Shown one piece after another: positions 63,357 to 64,000 of a DNA stretch of 64,000 nucleotides (its first letter is position 1; the number at the start of each line of letters is the position of its first letter). Source of the DNA: an uncultured Acidobacteriota bacterium (GTDB lineage: Bacteria > Acidobacteriota > Blastocatellia > RBC074). The translations under genes were made by a program, and so were the position numbers. Location: contig CAWCKY010000001.1 in NCBI GenBank assembly GCA_963796275.1, positions 1,120,001 through 1,184,000 on the forward strand, written 5' to 3'. A model generated the notes under the pieces. It saw only the letters and a list, made by a program, of their open reading frames with translations, did not search any database and was not told the origin of the DNA.

Positions 63357-64000
63357 TTACTCATTCCTCTGATAAAGCTTTTTCAACTCGGCCAAAATCA
63401 CATGCCCTATCTGAGACGCCGGTTCCCGGTGGATCAGCATGTCATTGTGTCGGCACGGGATTGGATTTACCGTAATTTCTCCCGAGATATATGGCCTCCA
63501 GGCTTCTGGCTTCATTCTAGAATCGGATGCTGTAAAGAGTAAGAGATTGCCGTCGTAATGTTGTGGTGTGAAAGTTTCCAAAACAGAATCGGTGTTTTGA
63601 ATCTCTTCGATTATGGCATCAAGTGGGTAGTATTCGCCAATCTCATTATAGAGTTCGATGAGATTCGAAGTGTCCAAAGATTCATCTTCCATGTCATACC
63701 CTAGAAATTGAAATATAGAGGAAAGGATTTGATCGCGAGTTTCACGCACGGCAGGTTGCTGAGTAACTGGTGGATAGGCATCGAGGACGGCAAGCAGCGC
63801 AACCGGTTCGCCTTGTTGCCGAAGGAGGCTAGCAATTGTATGGGCTACATGTCCGCCAAAGGACCAACCGATTAAATTATAGGGTCCGGCGGGTTGAATC
63901 TTGCGGATCTGGTCGATGTAATCAGTAGCTATCTCCACGACTGTTAGGGGTAAGTATCCCGGCTCTGACAAGCGACGTGCTTGCAGCGCATAGATCGGAT
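63357..64000 (-). CDS. C-terminal thioesterase domain of an NRPS (partial, runs off the window)
   Basis: YIDQIRKIQPAGPYNLIGWSFGG, LAVLD, CRHNDM. Confidence 0.85.
   Translation of the reverse strand, partial: PIYALQARRLSEPGYLPLTVVEIATDYIDQIRKIQPAGPYNLIGWSFGGHVAHTIASLLRQQGEPVALLAVLDAYPPVTQQPAVRETRDQILSSIFQFLGYDMEDESLDTSNLIELYNEIGEYYPLDAIIEEIQNTDSVLETFTPQHYDGNLLLFTASDSRMKPEAWRPYISGEITVNPIPCRHNDMLIHREPASQIGHVILAELKKLYQRNE

Noticed and set aside
1-64000. CRISPR array, rRNA or tRNA genes
   Set aside because: No regularly spaced repeat-spacer units or recognisable rRNA/tRNA sequences; the repeats are 7-mers, 9-mers or palindromes

Overview
About 54% GC chromosomal segment, most likely from an Acidobacteriota (Blastocatellia-like) genome. 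This is inferred from an ADOP permease, Oar-like TonB-dependent receptors and the kinase/ECF repertoire. Contents in order: a radical SAM gene; an AT-richer Hachiman-like nuclease-helicase pair; DUF1028 plus TBDR; an intact IS630; an archaeal-type aspS; an ADOP permease; a GH18-CE4-GT2 synthase with GH8; a sugar ABC/galT/kinase/galE/galM operon; uvrB; an ECF/anti-sigma pair; AraC plus a flavin monooxygenase; a PQQ dehydrogenase; an S41 protease; GH28 plus TBDR with divergent LysR-secA2; a copper cluster; a Ser/Thr kinase; and the end of an NRPS. The strongest finding is a complete translational (class II, ultra-small Stem I) T-box riboswitch at 12359-12588, with an Asp GAC specifier, upstream of aspS. 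This architecture is known mainly from actinobacterial ileS. Second is a kinase carrying plant L-arabinokinase (ARA1) motifs in the GalK position of a Leloir-type operon. Three genes each carry one extra base, probably assembly errors. No CRISPR array, rRNA or tRNA was seen. All family assignments come from motif recognition by eye, not from database searches.
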